Shown piece by piece: positions 48,770 through 57,399 of a stretch of 58,910 nucleotides of DNA. The notes beneath the pieces were generated by a model. The model did no database searches, was not told where the DNA came from, and worked only from the letters and a program-made list of their open reading frames with translations. Origin of the DNA: a bacterium (lineage in GTDB: Bacteria; Planctomycetota; JADGBV01); contig JAHFOS010000005.1 in NCBI GenBank assembly GCA_023261545.1, positions 1 to 58,910 on the forward strand, read 5' to 3'. The position numbers and the translations under genes are program-made. Numbering within the stretch: the first letter of the stretch is position 1; each line of letters begins with the position of its first letter.

Positions 48770-50146
48770 ATGACCGCTCCCGCCGACACGGGTGTGTTCG
48801 CCCGGCCCTACGTCATCTCCTGGAACCTCACCTACCGCTGCAACCTCCGTTGCGAGCACTGCTACCTCGATGCGGGCGCCAAAAAAGAATGGAAGGTGAA
48901 CTCGCCGGCCTTCGCCGACCGCGGCGAGTTGTCCACCCAGAAATGCCTGGAGGTTTTCGACGAAATCGCGCTCTTCGCCCCCGAGGCGCTGGTCATCCTC
49001 ACTGGCGGCGAGCCGCTGTTGCGGCCCGACATCCTCGATCTCATCGCCCGTGGGTCTGAGCGCAAGCTCTGGACCGTGGCCGGCACCAACGGCGTGCTCA
49101 TCACCGCCAGCCTGGCGCGGCTCCTCAAGGAAAAAGGGCTGCGGGGCCTGGCGCTCTCCCTGGACGCGCTCGACCCCGCCACCCACGACCGCTTCCGGCG
49201 CGTCGAGGGCGCCTGGAACAACACCGTGGAGGGCGCGCGCATCCTGAATGGCGAGGGACTGCCCTTCATCGTGCAGACCACCGTGGGCCGCCACAACCAC
49301 CGCGACATCGCCCGCATCGCCGAATTCGCCTGCAAGAGCATGGAGGCGCGGGTCTTCAACCTCTACTTCCTTGTGCCCTCGGGGCGCGGCCAGTACGTCA
49401 CCGATCTGGAGCCCGCAGAATACGAGGTGGTGCTGGCCGAACTCATGGAGATCCAGAAACGTTACGAGGGCCGCATGGTGGTGAACGCCAAGTGCGCTCC
49501 ACACTTCTCGCGCTACCTTTTCGAACGCGAGCCGGCCTCGAAATTCCTGAAATCCTTCCGCGGCGGGGCCGGGGGCTGTCCCGCCGGCACGCAGTACCTC
49601 GGCATCCGCCCCAACGGCGATGTCACCCCCTGTCCTTATTTGCCGCTCTTCGGCGGCAACCTGCAAAGCGCCGGCCTCAAGGATATCTGGGAGGGCTCCG
49701 ACCTCTTCCGCCGCATCCGCGCGCGGAACGAGCTCGGCGGCCGCTGCGGCAACTGCGAATTTTCCGGCCGCTGCGGCGGCTGCCGCGCCCGCGCCTACTC
49801 CGCTCTCGGCGACGTCATGGCCGAGGACCCGCTCTGCCATTACGAGCCCGGCCAGCACGCGCGCGCCGACATCGAGGCGCGCTTCGCGGAAAACTACGGC
49901 TTCGCAGCGGCGGCGGTCGCCAGCCATGGCAACGGCGCACCGCCAGCTCCCGAAGCCGATCTCGCCTGGGACAGCAACGCCGAGGAACGCCTGCTGCGCA
50001 TCCCCGCCTTCGTGCGCGGCTACGTGCGCAAGAGAGTCGAAGAACACTGCCGCCGCAACGCCATCCCGCGCGTCACCGAGCAGGTGATGGCGGAGATAAG
50101 AGCGCGCCTGCCAGCGTCGGGGATCTTCACGCGCAAGCCGGGGTGA
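48770..50146 (+). CDS. Radical SAM/SPASM protein (NirJ/AhbC/AhbD-like) with a C-terminal PCP_red domain
   Basis: WNLTYRCNLRCEHCY, TGGEPL, GCPAG...PCPY...CGNCEFSGRCGGCRARAY...DPLC, then WDSNAEERLLRIPAFVR. Confidence 0.9.
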   Translation: MTAPADTGVFARPYVISWNLTYRCNLRCEHCYLDAGAKKEWKVNSPAFADRGELSTQKCLEVFDEIALFAPEALVILTGGEPLLRPDILDLIARGSERKLWTVAGTNGVLITASLARLLKEKGLRGLALSLDALDPATHDRFRRVEGAWNNTVEGARILNGEGLPFIVQTTVGRHNHRDIARIAEFACKSMEARVFNLYFLVPSGRGQYVTDLEPAEYEVVLAELMEIQKRYEGRMVVNAKCAPHFSRYLFEREPASKFLKSFRGGAGGCPAGTQYLGIRPNGDVTPCPYLPLFGGNLQSAGLKDIWEGSDLFRRIRARNELGGRCGNCEFSGRCGGCRARAYSALGDVMAEDPLCHYEPGQHARADIEARFAENYGFAAAAVASHGNGAPPAPEADLAWDSNAEERLLRIPAFVRGYVRKRVEEHCRRNAIPRVTEQVMAEIRARLPASGIFTRKPG

Positions 50147-50194
50147 GGGTTCGCTCTTCGCGAGGAAATTTTTTTAATCATTTGGCCAGCCACG

Positions 50195-50602
50195 ATGAAG
50201 GAGCAAACGCCAAAGATTGAATTTATAAATGTCGATCTGGACTTGGAATCAAAAACGCCTTTTGACAATCTCGTCAAGGTGTTCGAAAAAAGCGAGATCG
50301 TTCTGCACTATGAGGGTTCCAAGAGAAAGTGCTGGTTTGCGCGTATCGAAGTGTCATTCTCACCTCGTAAGCCAGAAACCGCGGTTTTGCATTTATGCCG
50401 ACTTGTCAAAAACTTGTCGGGTATCGAACTCCAAGAATGGAACAGTTGTTATATGCGAGAATTCAATCTTGGCTATCATTGCGGTGAAAAGCCATGGGCC
50501 TACCCGTCGGCTTTATCGAAAAATGCGGTTCTTCTGATGTCCCAAGTGCAGGCCAGTTTGGCGATCACCTTGTATCCCCCCGACAGGAGCGAGGGGCCAT
50601 AG
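50195..50602 (+). CDS. Hypothetical protein (lower GC)
   Basis: 135-aa ORF, FINVDLDLES...REFNLGY; no function recognised. Confidence 0.6.
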   Translation: MKEQTPKIEFINVDLDLESKTPFDNLVKVFEKSEIVLHYEGSKRKCWFARIEVSFSPRKPETAVLHLCRLVKNLSGIELQEWNSCYMREFNLGYHCGEKPWAYPSALSKNAVLLMSQVQASLAITLYPPDRSEGP

Positions 50603-50637
50603 CCGAACGCGGATCAAATTCTAGCAAAAATCCCTTA

Positions 50638-51053
50638 GAGCCTGTTTAAAAAGTATGAATTTGCTCACCACAGAGACACAGAGGACACTGAGAATATGCG
50701 GAGGCGAAAATAGCGATTTAAGTATTTCTTCATATTATCTCTGTGCTCTCTGTGTCTCTGTGGTAAAATATTATTTATAAAATATTGAAAAGCGACATGA
50801 AAGACACATTTTAAACAGGCTCTTAGAGCTTGTTTAAAAAATACGAATTCTTTCACCACAGAGAACACAGAGGGCACAGAGAGTTCACCGAGCAATGTTA
50901 GGCCTGAGCGTAGGCCTCCGACATAATTTTGAATTTTCAATGGATTTTTCCTCTTATTCTTGTCCGTCCTCTGTGTTCTCTGTGCCCTCTGTGGTAAAAT
51001 ATTCTTTTAAAAAACTAAAAGGGTGACACTAAATATACATTTTAAACAGGCTC
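50638..51053. mobile_element. Tandem pair of family-1 MITEs (type A 50638..50822, type B 50826..51053)
   Basis: TTA|GAGCCTGTTTAAAA...TTTTAAACAGGCTC|TTA|GAGCTTGTTTAAAA...TTTTAAACAGGCTC|TCA. Confidence 0.9.
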
Positions 51054-52067
51054 TCAGTCCCACCCCAGCACGCCGGAGCCGCTGAAAGCGCGCGATGGGA
51101 GCTGGCCGTGCCAGATGAGATCACGCTGCGGCAGTTCTTTGCAGATTTCCGGATCCGGCGGCGTATAGATCAGGCGAAAACGCTCGCCGGGGGAGAGCGC
51201 GCCGATCTCCCCCGGCGCCTCGCCGTTCTTGACGAGCCACGCTTTATCCGCCAGGTCGATCACCAAGGCGTGCTCCTCGCCGGGCTGCAGAAGAACGATG
51301 TCCTCCGCGCGCGGCGCGGGAGGCGGCGCGGCGCGGTTCGGCAGGCTCCAGTTTTCCGCCTCGCCATCGGCCGGCGCAAGGATTATGGAGCGCATTTCTG
51401 GCAGTAAAACCAACGCTTTGGGCTGGGTGGACGCGTTCATCAGCCGCAGTTTCACCTTGGCGCTGCGCCGTGCCGGCGGTTTCTTGGCGTCCGCGTCGCG
51501 CTCGCTTTCTCGGCCCGCAGCTTCAAGGATCTCCAGACCCATGCCGAGATCGCACCAGCGATGGCCGGTGAGGACGCCGGTCCCGCTAGAGCTGATGGCC
51601 ACGCGCATTTCCAAGGGCACCTGGACGCCCTCGCTACCGCGCATGCGCTGTTCGAGTTTCGCGGCTTTGCCTTGCTGGGTGAAATAGGCCTCAAGGCCAT
51701 ATTTCACCGACAGGGATTCCGTGCGCCAGTCGTTCTCAACGCGGCCACGGAGATAAAGGCCCCGCGGTGGCGGCTCGGAGGAGAGGTGATCGAGTTCGTG
51801 CAGACCCCCGGGCGCTTCTTTGAGCGCGGCATAGACCGGCGCTCCGCGCGGATGACGCACCCGCAGATCGCCCTGCACCTTGGCCAGGCGCACCTCGTTA
51901 AAGGGGTAGCGCAGCGTCAAATAGTCCCCCCGGAAAGGATCGCGCGGATCCACGGGCGCGGTGCGAAGATAAACCGGCGTGCCGGTGACGGCGATGGTCT
52001 CGCGCGCACCCGCCATCCAACCCAAGGCCAGGATCTGGAAAGCGGCGGCAGCCAGGGCGAGCCTCAT
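51054..52067 (-). CDS. GDYXXLXY domain protein
   Basis: LRTAPVDPRDPFRGDYLTLRY, VKYGLEAYF. Confidence 0.92.
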   Translation of the reverse strand: MRLALAAAAFQILALGWMAGARETIAVTGTPVYLRTAPVDPRDPFRGDYLTLRYPFNEVRLAKVQGDLRVRHPRGAPVYAALKEAPGGLHELDHLSSEPPPRGLYLRGRVENDWRTESLSVKYGLEAYFTQQGKAAKLEQRMRGSEGVQVPLEMRVAISSSGTGVLTGHRWCDLGMGLEILEAAGRESERDADAKKPPARRSAKVKLRLMNASTQPKALVLLPEMRSIILAPADGEAENWSLPNRAAPPPAPRAEDIVLLQPGEEHALVIDLADKAWLVKNGEAPGEIGALSPGERFRLIYTPPDPEICKELPQRDLIWHGQLPSRAFSGSGVLGWD

Positions 52068-53374
52068 GCCGAGGCCGCTTTCTTGAGAGCGCGTTGCCGG
52101 CCAAAATACAGGCCAACGGCGGTCAGCACGACTCCGGCCATGAGGAAGGCGCTGGCGCGCGCAAGCAAGCTATCGAAAAGATCGAAGAACCGCGCGCCGC
52201 CCAGCAAGCACAACAGCACGCAACCCCAGACCGCGAGCGCGCTATGGTTCTCGCGGCTGCCGCGCAAGATAAAGGCTACGGCGTGAAAGATGAAGACAGC
52301 GGAGAAGACGCCAGCGCCGATCCACCTTCCCGTTTCCCCGGCGAGTGCGCCTGTGCGCAGGAAGACCATGATCAGGGCAAACGGGAATCCGAAGAGGTCC
52401 CAGGGCGCGGAGGACGGCCCACCGCTGGCCGAACGCCGCGGCCACAGGGCCGCGATCCAGGCCAGGGCCGCCACGGCGGCGAGGGTGAAGAAATAAGCGG
52501 CGGAGGCTGGACTGAGTTCAACCGCCGCCAGAAGTTCGTCGCCAGCTTGAGGGAAGGAAAGTGCGTAAAGCATCAGCAGATAGCCCAGGTAACCGGTTTT
52601 GGCAAGCGCCGCGGAACACTCCGCGCAGAAATCGCGGGCACGCAGGAGCACTCCGGCGGCGACGAGAGCACAGGAGGCGAAGAAAAGCGCCGGCAGCACC
52701 AGCCGGCCGCTGATGGCGCCACAGGTGAATCCCAGGGCACACATCCAGGCGATGGCTCCGCAGGCCGCCAGCGCCTGGGATCGCAGCCGCAGCGCCAGGG
52801 GCAGCGTGCCCGCCAGAAGGACGAGCGGCCCGAGGTGCTGGGGTTCGTGGAAATCGGAGGTTTCAGCCCCGTGCCAGACACAAAGCAAGACGCAGGCCAC
52901 GATGCCCTGGACGGAGGAAGGAAGCGTCCAGGCCAACGCCAGCGCCGCCGCACCCCAGAGCAGGAAGGCATTGGGGTAATGCTCGTCAATGTGATAGATT
53001 TGCGCCACCAGCCAGATGCCTGCGCCGAACAGCATGGTCCCAAGGAGGTGCAGCGCCTGGCTGCCGGGAGTGATCCGTCCGGCCTTGTGGCTGCGGTAAA
53101 AGCCGGCGCAGTGCATCCCTGCTATCCCCGCGAAGATCACGGCGAGCTTGGCGAAGCGATGCATTTCTTCCCAGTTGTAGGCGAAGAAGAGGATGACGGC
53201 GAGCCCCGCCAGGATCGCGCCCAAGCTGGTGAGCAGCAGCATGGCCTTCGAGGGAGCGGAGCCGGCCCGGGCCTCATAACGCGCGACGATGCGCTGGGCC
53301 TGGCCGCTCTCCACAAGGCCCTCGCGCACCCACGTTTCCGCCTCGCGGCGGACCCAGCTCAGTTCGTCACGCAC
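52064..53374 (-). CDS. DUF2157 domain membrane protein
   Basis: WVREGLV, LGAILAGLAVILFFAYNWEEM, GIWLVAQIYHI; the usual partner of GDYXXLXY. Confidence 0.92.
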   Translation of the reverse strand: MRDELSWVRREAETWVREGLVESGQAQRIVARYEARAGSAPSKAMLLLTSLGAILAGLAVILFFAYNWEEMHRFAKLAVIFAGIAGMHCAGFYRSHKAGRITPGSQALHLLGTMLFGAGIWLVAQIYHIDEHYPNAFLLWGAAALALAWTLPSSVQGIVACVLLCVWHGAETSDFHEPQHLGPLVLLAGTLPLALRLRSQALAACGAIAWMCALGFTCGAISGRLVLPALFFASCALVAAGVLLRARDFCAECSAALAKTGYLGYLLMLYALSFPQAGDELLAAVELSPASAAYFFTLAAVAALAWIAALWPRRSASGGPSSAPWDLFGFPFALIMVFLRTGALAGETGRWIGAGVFSAVFIFHAVAFILRGSRENHSALAVWGCVLLCLLGGARFFDLFDSLLARASAFLMAGVVLTAVGLYFGRQRALKKAASA

Positions 53375-53395
53375 CGGAGGATTCTGGCCTGGCCG

Positions 53396-53484
53396 TCCGC
53401 CGCGCAATGCGGGCCGGTCACGCTCAGAATCGCGGGAAGGCGCGCCGCCCCTACCCCCGGGAAAACGGCGTTATACTGCCGGCG
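53396..53484 (+). repeat. 89-bp direct repeat, copy 1
   Basis: 84/89 identical to 55716..55804. Confidence 0.92.
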
Positions 53485-53562
53485 CGAATCGTTGGCGGCT
53501 GAGATCTTGATTGTGCACCAGATGGGATACAATGGGGATTGAGCCGTTCACGAGGAACTCCC

Positions 53563-53826
53563 ATGGAAACCAAATCGGCCATGATCAGGGCCAGGACTAT
53601 GCCCGCGGTGAAGAGGCGAGCTGAGAAAGTATTTTTGGGGCTGGGCATCACACCCACGGAGGCCATCAACATGTTCTACCATCAGGTGGCGCTGCGGCAG
53701 GGCATCCCCTTTGATGTCAGGATGCCCACGAAGGAAACTCAGCAGGCCATGGAGGATGTCTTGAACAACAGGAACCTGAAGGAATACAAGGATGTTGACG
53801 AACTGCTCAAGGAGTTCGGAGTCTGA
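53563..53826 (+). CDS. dinJ: RelB/DinJ family antitoxin
   Basis: KSAMIRAR...AEKVFLGLGITPTEAINMFYHQVALRQGIPFDV; upstream inverted repeat ATTGT...ACAAT (53510-53533). Confidence 0.92.
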   Translation: METKSAMIRARTMPAVKRRAEKVFLGLGITPTEAINMFYHQVALRQGIPFDVRMPTKETQQAMEDVLNNRNLKEYKDVDELLKEFGV

Positions 53827-54099
53827 ATGCTCAAGATTCGGGCGTCACGGCAGTTCAGGAAGGATCTGAAGAAGGCACTCAAGCAGGGCAAGGACGGCTC
53901 GAAGATCGGTGCCGTCATCGGGGCTCTCGGCTTACAGGAACCCCTGGCGCAGAAACACGTGGACCATGCCCTTACAGGAAATTTCAAGGGATTTCGGGAA
54001 TGCCACATCGAACCTGATTGGCTGCTCATCTACCGGGTCCACGAAGACATGCTTGACCTCACCAGAACTGGCAGCCATTCGGAGCTGTTCAGAAAATGA
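53827..54099 (+). CDS. yafQ: YafQ family mRNA interferase toxin
   Basis: FRKDLKK, DHALTGNFKGFRECHIEPDWLLIY, RTGSHSELF. Confidence 0.95.
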   Translation: MLKIRASRQFRKDLKKALKQGKDGSKIGAVIGALGLQEPLAQKHVDHALTGNFKGFRECHIEPDWLLIYRVHEDMLDLTRTGSHSELFRK

Positions 54100-54387
54100 G
54101 GTGACTTAGATCATGGCCGGAGAAACCCGCCTACGTCGTGGGCCGCATCGTGCTCCCGCAGGGCGAGGGGCTCGACAAGCCAGTGACACTGGATTTCACG
54201 GCTGACGAGAATTCCAAAGACCGCTTTTTCCAGATTTTCCAGGGTATCGGGGCGGCTGGATTGGCCCCGCGCTTGACCGGCAGGGCCTTGGCCAGCCAAG
54301 CCGGCAAGCAACATTTGGCCGCAGCGCGATTATGCGGCGCGGCCTCTGGCTGGGTTCACAGGTCGTCGGCGTGTTTTTTCGCCAGCC

Positions 54388-55548
54388 TTACAGCCACTCG
54401 CGCAACCTTTGTAGATACTCCTGCCAGGGCAGGATCTGTATGCCTTCGAGGGTGAACGGGTGCTCAGCCATGCACACGATAACGCGCGGGGTGTCGGGGT
54501 GTTCGTCGTGAAAGGAGCGCAATCCCGTGAGCTGGGCGCCGGAGATCTGGCGCGACGATTTGATCTCTACGGCCAGCGCCATGCGGCCGTGCTTTTCGAG
54601 GACAATATCCACCTCGGCGCCGTGGTTCGTGCGCCAGAAGAACATGGCCGCCTCGCTGCGGGCGTAATGGAGGTGGCGGTGGGTTTCCAGCACGATGAAG
54701 TGTTCGAAAAGGCGGCCGCGCCATACGGGATCGGCGGGGGCCGTGAGGCGTCGCGTGAGGGCGTTCACGATGCCGGTGTCGAAGAGGTAGAATTTGGGAT
54801 GGACCGCGAGCCGTTTGCGCAGGCTGCGCCGCCAAGGCGCCAGTCGCAAGCCGACCAGCGTGTCCTCCAGGATCTCGAAGTAGGACTGGACGGTGCGCAC
54901 GGGCAGGGCGCAGTCGCGCGCGATAGAGGAGAAATTCACGAGGTCCCCGCTCTGGCTCGCGACCATCTCCAGGAAGCGCGAAAAGCCGCCGAGGTTGCGC
55001 GAGAGCCCCTCGGCGCGGATCTCTTCCTCCAGGTAGGTATGCACGTAAGCAGAAAGAATGTCGCGGGCCTCGTCATCCCCGCGCCCGAGGATGGGCGGTA
55101 GGGTGCCGAAGCGCAACGCAGCCTCCACGTCGAAGCCCGCGCCGATTTCCTCGCGGACCAGGGGAAACAGCCTGCGCTCCACGGCACGCCCGGCGAGGAG
55201 GTTGCCCCCGCCGCGCTTGAGTTTGCGTGAGCTTGAACCCGTCAGGATGAACTGCACCCCCGAGTGCCGTTCCATGAGCAGATGCACCTCGTTGAGCAGA
55301 GCGGGGAGCCGCTGGATCTCGTCAATGAAAACGCAGGGTGGCTCGCCACGCCGGAGCTTTTCCTCCAGGCGCATTCTCAGGAGTTCGGGCTGGCGCGAAT
55401 ACTCCAGGAAGACCTCGCTGCGGAGCAAGTCAATCCTCCAGGCGCGATCCCCGAAAAGGGAGTTGATCAGCGTGCTTTTCCCCGTCTGCCGTGGGCCGAA
55501 GAGGAAAAAGGAGCGGTCCTGGGGCAGTTGGATGAGGCGTTTTAGCAT
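54388..55548 (-). CDS. AAA_14 ATPase + DUF4143 (C-terminal PD-(D/E)XK-like) protein
   Basis: FGPRQTGKST, IDEIQ, LTGSS, LAGRA, KFYLFDTG, FFWRT..GAEVD, VEIK. Confidence 0.92.
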   Translation of the reverse strand: MLKRLIQLPQDRSFFLFGPRQTGKSTLINSLFGDRAWRIDLLRSEVFLEYSRQPELLRMRLEEKLRRGEPPCVFIDEIQRLPALLNEVHLLMERHSGVQFILTGSSSRKLKRGGGNLLAGRAVERRLFPLVREEIGAGFDVEAALRFGTLPPILGRGDDEARDILSAYVHTYLEEEIRAEGLSRNLGGFSRFLEMVASQSGDLVNFSSIARDCALPVRTVQSYFEILEDTLVGLRLAPWRRSLRKRLAVHPKFYLFDTGIVNALTRRLTAPADPVWRGRLFEHFIVLETHRHLHYARSEAAMFFWRTNHGAEVDIVLEKHGRMALAVEIKSSRQISGAQLTGLRSFHDEHPDTPRVIVCMAEHPFTLEGIQILPWQEYLQRLREWL

Positions 55549-55715
55549 GTTGCCGCAAGATTGCACGGTGTTCTTGCATTGTAATGCGCGATATGACAAT
55601 TCCATCTCTGCGTTTGCCATCCGTTTTTTTATGCTTTGAGCCGAAGGATCCATTTTCAGTGTTGGTAAGGAAGGCTGGGCTTGGCCGCTCTACAAAGCCG
55701 TCGCGCACCCGCGTT

Positions 55716-55804
55716 TCCGCCGCGCAATGCGGGCCGGTCACGCTCGGAATCTGGGGAAGGCGCGCCGCCCCTGCCCCCGGGAAACCGGCGTTATACTGCC
55801 GGCG
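55716..55804 (+). repeat. 89-bp direct repeat, copy 2
   Basis: Matches 53396..53484; contains TATACT and ends at the GTG of the AEC gene. Confidence 0.92.
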
Positions 55805-56736
55805 TGCGGCTCGTCGGGGACATCTTCTCGCAGATCCTTCTGCCCATCCTGATGCTGGTGGGCGTGGGGGCGGGGGTGCAGCGCGCGCTGGTGCTGGACC
55901 TGGCCACGTTGTCGCGCATCAACATCTATATTTTCGTACCGGCCTTCCTGTTCGTGCGCGTTTACGAGAACAAGCTTTCCTGGGCGGCCATCGGCGGGAT
56001 TGCCGCCGCGGTGGTGCTTCCGAAAATCATCGTGGGCTCCGGCTTTTATCTCGCGCTGCGCGCGCGGCGGGTCGAGCGCCGGGCTCTGGCCAGCATGGTC
56101 ATCGGAGGGGTGATTTACAACGCGGGCAACTTCGGCATCCCCTTGGCCCAGCTCGCTTACGGGGATGCGGGCGGCGAAGTACAGGCCTGGGTGGTGATGT
56201 TGAGCAACCTCGCCATCTGGTGCGTCGGCTATAGCATCCTCTCCTGGGGGCAGGGAGACGGAGCCCGGGCGGCCATGGCCGGCTATTTCAAGCTGCCCAT
56301 GATCTACGTGCTGGCGGCGGCGCTGTTGCTGCGCCACTTCGGCCTCGGCCTGCCGCGTTTCTTAGGCTATCCCCTGCACGCGGCGGCGGATGCCATGGTG
56401 GCCCTCGGCCTCGTCACGCTGGGGGCCCAGCTCGCGCAATACGCGCACTGGCCGAAATGGCGCAGGGTCGCGCCGGTGGTTTTCACCAAGCTGCTGCTGA
56501 TGCCGGCGGCCACCGCGGCGGCGGTGCTGCTGCTGGGGCTTTGGCCCTGGCCGGGGGCGATGCTCATCGCCGCCGCGGCGGCGCCTACGGCCATCAATAC
56601 GCTGCTGCTCACTATCGAACTTGAAGGCGACGCCGAACTCGCGGCGCACTGTGTTTTCTGGAACACCCTGCTCAGCGGCCTGAGCGTGGCGCTGGTGCTC
56701 GTGGCGCTGCGGGCGTTGGGAGCCGGTCCGCCTTGA
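55804..56736 (+). CDS. AEC (auxin efflux carrier/malate permease) family transporter
   Basis: ILLPIL, YIFVPAFLF, NAGNFGIPL, APTAIN; about 10 TMs. Confidence 0.88.
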   Translation: MRLVGDIFSQILLPILMLVGVGAGVQRALVLDLATLSRINIYIFVPAFLFVRVYENKLSWAAIGGIAAAVVLPKIIVGSGFYLALRARRVERRALASMVIGGVIYNAGNFGIPLAQLAYGDAGGEVQAWVVMLSNLAIWCVGYSILSWGQGDGARAAMAGYFKLPMIYVLAAALLLRHFGLGLPRFLGYPLHAAADAMVALGLVTLGAQLAQYAHWPKWRRVAPVVFTKLLLMPAATAAAVLLLGLWPWPGAMLIAAAAAPTAINTLLLTIELEGDAELAAHCVFWNTLLSGLSVALVLVALRALGAGPP

Positions 56737-56781
56737 GTTCGGATTCCCGGCGCGCCGCCGGGACGGATCTTTCCGCGCCCC

Positions 56782-57369
56782 CTATTTGTGCCGCTGCTTC
56801 TTGGGCGGCGCCTTGGGTGCTTCGGGCTCCTCATCGCCGTCAGCCTCGTCCTCGGACTCGGCCACCACCTGGAGCAGTTTGTCGCCGAGGCGCGCCAGCG
56901 TCACGGCCTCGTCGAGGGTGACGATGGCGCTGCCGTGGACGCGGTGCATGGCGTTATGAGCCGGGCCGCGGGAGGCAATTTCGGCATTGTAGGCGAGGCG
57001 CACCTTGCCTTCGTCTTCGTGGGCCTGGACGGTGCCTCCGGTCTTGAAGTGGAACTGCTGGCCGTCGTTCTCGAAGTGGGTCTCCATGCCATAGTGGCCA
57101 TCGGAACAGGTGACCCGGAATTCCGTTTTATCTTCGCGCGGCTCCAAGGTGAAGATCAACACGACCGTGCTGCGCAGCGGCGCCATGAATTCGCCATGGA
57201 AATCACCGCGGCGCGGAGGCCGGTCGGGCTCGCCCGGGCCCGGTTCGCGGGCCTCCCACATGGGCTCCTGGCGCTCACCCGCGCGGCACGCGTCGTCTTC
57301 AGGGCCCTCCCCTTGCGCGGCCAGGGAAAACAACAGGGCCAGGACGGGAAACAGGAGGATTTTTCTCAT
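56782..57369 (-). CDS. Secreted hypothetical protein
   Basis: AAGGAG RBS, signal peptide MRKILLFPVLALLFSLAAQG, beta-rich body. Confidence 0.65.
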   Translation of the reverse strand: MRKILLFPVLALLFSLAAQGEGPEDDACRAGERQEPMWEAREPGPGEPDRPPRRGDFHGEFMAPLRSTVVLIFTLEPREDKTEFRVTCSDGHYGMETHFENDGQQFHFKTGGTVQAHEDEGKVRLAYNAEIASRGPAHNAMHRVHGSAIVTLDEAVTLARLGDKLLQVVAESEDEADGDEEPEAPKAPPKKQRHK

Positions 57370-57399
57370 GGGCGGCTCCTTATCTCGGGGTCGCTGATG

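Noticed and set aside
47748-50146. Photosynthesis (protochlorophyllide reductase) genes
   Set aside because: Only the small PCP_red domain is present; no BchN/BchB/BchL catalytic domains.
50665-50940. Small ORFs within MITEs (also 27041..27250 and the 3330 extension)
   Set aside because: They are translations of repeat DNA with AT-rich, atypical codon usage.
54100-54387. Short ORFs between yafQ and the AAA ATPase
   Set aside because: No RBS-supported start or recognisable motif; possibly a gene remnant but unsupported.
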